DNA from: Mobula birostris
Taxonomy: Eukaryota
Direction of reading: 5' to 3'
NCBI RefSeq assembly: GCF_030028105.1
Contig: NC_092379.1
Location: 52,623,821 to 52,687,820 of the forward strand
Length of the DNA: 64,000 nucleotides
Shown here: piece by piece, positions 59,810 through 64,000 of the stretch
How the letters are laid out: each line of letters begins with the position of its first letter
Numbering within the stretch: the stretch's first letter is position 1
Made by a program: the position numbers and the translations under genes
The notes under the pieces: generated by a model
Told to the model about the DNA's origin: nothing
Database searches by the model: none
What the model saw: only the letters and a program-made list of their open reading frames with translations

Positions 59810-61905
59810 CCCATGAATCTGATGAGGGCCAGATTCGAGGCATTCAAGTCTGGTGACCAAGAAAGTTACAAGAGGTCCAGGTACGATGTCTAGGAAGCCA
59901 TCTCATGAGCAGTGGCAATTCAGGATTAAATTTGAATCAACAAAGGATGCTTGATAGTTCAGGCAGGGTTTGAATACCATCGCCTCTTATAAAGTTAAAT
60001 CGAGCAACAAAGCTGACAAAAGGGCTTCACTTCTAGATGAGCTCATTGTCTTCTGTGCTTGTTTTGACCATCAAAACATTGAGGAGCCATCATGAACTCC
60101 TACAGCTCCCGATGATCCTGTGACTTCAGCCTCTGAGGTCAACATGAAAGCAGCCTTTATGAGGGACAACCCAGAAAAGCATCCGGCCTGGACAAGGTAC
60201 CTGGCCAAGTACTAAAGTCCTGTGCTGATTAACTGGCTAGAATGTTCACTGAGACCTTTAACTCCTCGTTTTGGCAGTCTGCTGTATCCACCTGTTTCAG
60301 GCAGTCTTGAATTGTACTGGTGCATATGAAGAACGTGGTAACCTGCCTCAACGACTATCCTCCAGCAGCACTTACATCCACAGTAAAGTATTTTGAGAAG
60401 TTGGTGATGAAACATATCAATTTATCAACTCGCTGAGAATTTGCCTACTGGAGCAACAGGCCCACAGCAGATGCCATCTCATTGGCTCTTCACCCAACCC
60501 TGGAACATCCGGACTGCAAAGGTGCATACATCGGGATGCCCTTTATAACTATAGTTCAGCATTCAATCCCATCATCCACTCTAAGCTAATCAATCAGCTT
60601 CAAGACCTTGGCCTTAATACCTCCTTGTGCAATTGGATCCTGGATTTCTTCACTTGCAGACCAGTCAGTTCAGATTGGCAACAACATTTCCTCCACAATC
60701 TGAATCAGCACAAGTGCCCCACAGGGCTGTGTGCCTAGACCCTGCTCTACTCGCTTTACACTTAAGACTGTGAAGCTAAGCACAGCTCCAATGCCATATT
60801 CAAGTTTGCTGATGACCCCTCTGTCGTTGGCTGAATCAAAGGTTGTGATGAATCAACATAGCTAGATAGATAGATAGATATACTTTATTAATCCCGAGGG
60901 AAATTTGGTTTTGTTACAATACAGCCGCACCAACTAAGAATAGAGCGTAAATATAGCAGTACAAAAACCACAACAATCAAACACCAAAATGCAAACTATG
61001 CCAGATGGAAAATAAGTCCAGGACCAGTCTATTGGCTCAGGGCATCTGACCCTCCACGGGAGGAGCTGCACGTTCGATGGCCACAGGCAGGAACGACCTC
61101 CGTGCCGCCAAGTGTTGTATCACAGTGGAATGTGGCTGAAGTCCAACAGTAAAAAGTTCAGTATCCAGTCTGCAAACACGTTCCTTGATCGTAATATACC
61201 CCGGATTGCACCATCTGTTGTTAACCAGATCAGTAAGCATGAAACTCCTTTACGCTTACCGCTCTCAGTGTACTGCCGGTCAGCCGGAACGGTATTACCC
61301 ACCGAACTCCTATTCTCCAAAAGTCTCTGTTGTCTCGACCCGGTCCTCTTTCCTCAGCTTTGTGATCCCCCTCTGTGTGTTTTCCTCTGGATTTCAGCAG
61401 GGGTGTCCACCACTCTGTTCGCTAAGCCGGCTGGTCTTTGCTGGTCCATGAAATACACAATGCGACCTTGCTTCTGTCCCGTGTGTTGGGATATAACCAT
61501 TTCCAGCGCTAAAGAAAACCCAAATAAAACTCTCTCTACCAGCATGTTAGAGAGGATGCAGCTTCGACGTGTTACCGTGAGAAAAAAAATACGAAAAAAA
61601 ATGTAAATTAAAAAGTAAGAAGAAGAAAGTAAGAATAGATCGGAACCGCTGTACCAGGCTGCATGCACGACCGGCGCATACGCACTAAAAGTTCGGAAGG
61701 AGATTGAAAATCTGGTTGAGTGATGCCAAAACAACAATCTCTTACTCAATGTCAGCAAGACCAAGGAGATGATTATTGACTTCAGGAAACCAGAGATCCA
61801 TGAGCCAGTTCTCATTGGAGGATCAGAGGTGGGGAGAGTCAGCAACTTTAAATTCCTCTCTTATCATTTCAGAGGTCTTGGCCTGGGCCCAGCATGCAAG
61901 TGCAA
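59810..61905 (+). mobile_element. Decayed Rex1-type LINE with a nested minus-strand element
   Basis: CLNDY.P.ALTS, SSAFN, APQGC and FKFADD-like motifs. It resumes at about 61695 with LNVSKTKEMIIDFRK. Confidence 0.85.
60862..61690 (-). mobile_element. Internally deleted Rex1-type derivative retaining both ends
   Basis: 5' leader, RIVY.. N-terminus and an APE piece (ADR..ESGKRKG, LVNNRWCNPG) fused directly to C-terminal RSFLPVAI and a (tatc)n tail. Confidence 0.75.
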
Positions 61906-64000
61906 TTAGAATAGAAAAAAAACCCACAGAAAATCTACCTTTTGGCCCTTCTTGGCTGTGCCGAACCACTTTCTGCCTAGTCCCACTGACCTGCACACGG
62001 ACCATATCCGTCCATACACCTCCCATCCATGTATCTGTTCAAATTATTAAGTGTTCAAAAAGAACCTGCATTTACCACCTCGTCTGGCAGCTCATTCCAC
62101 ACTCCCACCACTCTCTGTGTGAAGAAGCCCCCCCTAATGTTCCCTTTAAACTTTTCCCCCTTCACCCTTAACCCATGTCCTCTGGTTTCTTTCTCCCCTT
62201 GCCTCAGTGGAAAAAGCCTGCTTGCATTCTCTCTATCTATACCCATCATAATTTTATATACCTCTGTCAAATCTCCCCTCGTTCTTCTACGCTCCAGGGA
62301 ACAAAGTCCTAACCTATTCAACCTTTCTCTGTAACTGAGTTTTTCAAGTCCCGGCAACATCCTTGTAAACCTTCTCTGCACTCTTTCAACCTTATTAATA
62401 TCCTTCCTGTAATTTAGTGACCAAAACTGAATACAATACTCCAGATTTGGCCTCACCAATGCCTTATACAACCTCATCATAACATTCCAGCTCCTATACT
62501 CAATACTTTGATTAATAAAGGCCAATGTACCAAAAGCTCTCTTTACGACCCTATCTACCTGTGACGCCACTCTTAGGGAATTTTGTATCTGTATTCCCAG
62601 ATCCCTCTGTTCTACTGCACTCCTGAGTACCTTACCATTTACCCTGTATGTTCTACCTTGGTTTGTCCTTCTAAAGTGCAATACCTCACACTTGTCTGTA
62701 TTAAACTCCATCTGCCATTTTTCAGCCCATTTTTCCAGCTGGTCCAAATCCCTCTGCAAGCTTTGAAAACCTTCCTCACTGTCCACTATACCTCCAATCT
62801 TTGTATCATCAGCAAATCTGCTGATCCAATTTACCACATTATCATCCAGATCATTGATATAGATGACAAATAACAATGGGCCCAGCACTGATCCCTGTGG
62901 CACACCACTAGTCACAGGCGTCCACTCTGAGAAGCAATCCTCTACTACCACTCTTCGGCTTCTTCCATTGAGCCAATGTCTAATCCAATTTACCACCTCT
63001 CCATGTATACCTAGCGACTGAATTTTCCTAACTAACCTCCCATGCGGGACCTTGTCAAAGGCCTTACTGAAGTCCATGTAGACAGCATCCACTGCCTTCC
63101 CTGCATCCACTTTCCTGGTAACCTCCTCGAAAAACTCCAAAAGATTGGTCAAACATGACCTACCATGCACAAAGCCATGTTGACTCTCCCTAATAAGTCC
63201 CTGTCTATCCAAATGTTTGTAGATTCTGTCTCTTAGTACTCCCTCCAATAACTTACCCACTACTGACATCAAACATAGCGGCCTATAATTTCCCAGATTA
63301 CTTTTCGATCCTTTTTTAGGCAACGGAACAACATGAGCCATTCTCCAATCCTCCGGCACCTCACCTGTAGACACCGACATTTTAGATATTTCTGCCAGGG
63401 CCCCCGCAATTTCAACACTAGTCTCCTTCAAGGTCCAAGGGAATACCCTGTCAGGTCCAGGGGATTTATCCACTTTAATTTGCCTCAAGATAGCAAGCAC
63501 CTCCTCCTTTTCAATCTATACAGTTTCCATGATCTCACTACTTATTTCCCTTAATTCCATTGACTTCATGCCAGTTTCCTTAGTAAATACTGATGCAAAA
63601 AACCCATTTAAGATCTCTCCCATTTCTTTTGGTTCCGCACATAGCCGACCACCCTGATCATCAAGAGGACCAATTTTATCCCTTACATTCCTTTTACTCT
63701 TAATATACCTGTAAAAACTCTTTGGATTATCCTTCACTTTGACTGCCAAGGCAATCTCATGTCTTCTTTTAGCCCTCCTGATTTCCTTTTTAAGTATTTT
63801 TTTGCACTTTTTATACTCCTCAAGCACCTTATTTACTTCCTGTTTCCTATACATGTCACACAACTCCCTCTTCTTCTTTATCAGAGTTGCAATATCCCTT
63901 GAGAACCAAGGTTCCTTATTCCTATTCACTTTGCCTTTAATCCCGACAGGAACATACAAGCTCTGCACTCTCAAGATTTCTCCTTTGAAGGCTACCAATC
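61905..64000 (-). mobile_element. Young CR1 LINE ORF2 (RT), extends beyond the window
   Basis: ORFs 63516..63998 and 62055..63500 are in frame across one TAG, with YMDFSKAFD, PQGSVLGP and FADDTK. Confidence 0.97.

Noticed and set aside
41224-64000. Active autonomous CR1 elements
   Set aside because: Both long copies (41224-43989, 61905-64000) carry stops or frameshifts in ORF2.

Overview
Vertebrate genomic DNA. The CR1, Rex1-type, Penelope-tail and V-SINE repeat content suggests a cartilaginous fish, probably a ray; this is an inference. The backbone is a tandem array of at least eight copies (U0-U7) of one minus-strand C2H2 zinc-finger gene cassette. In the direction of transcription the cassette is: CpG promoter with tandem NRF1 sites, a tiny exon 1 ending in GCAG|GTAGG, intron 1 carrying the same fossil LINE fragment, a conserved TTTTACAG acceptor, a leader of about 270-460 nt, a finger array with no KRAB/SCAN/BTB-like domain, and a conserved poly(A) module. 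The copies show every stage of birth and death. U1 (3677-5137) and U5 (38562-40040) have intact ORFs. U6 (54879-55631) is eroded at the 3' end. U3 (18400-19560) has a single in-frame CGA>TGA. U4 is heavily decayed and U2 is an empty shell with no fingers. U0 and U7 are cut by TEs or the window edges. There is also an inverted, donor-less promoter copy at about 34 kb. The spaces between units hold nested CR1, Rex1, Tx1 and I/Nimb LINEs, SINEs, solo LTRs (one with about 28 copies of a 47-48 bp repeat), hAT MITEs, Penelope tails with minimal hammerhead motifs, and purine-rich low-complexity tracts. All calls were made by eye, and TE boundaries without TSDs are approximate.
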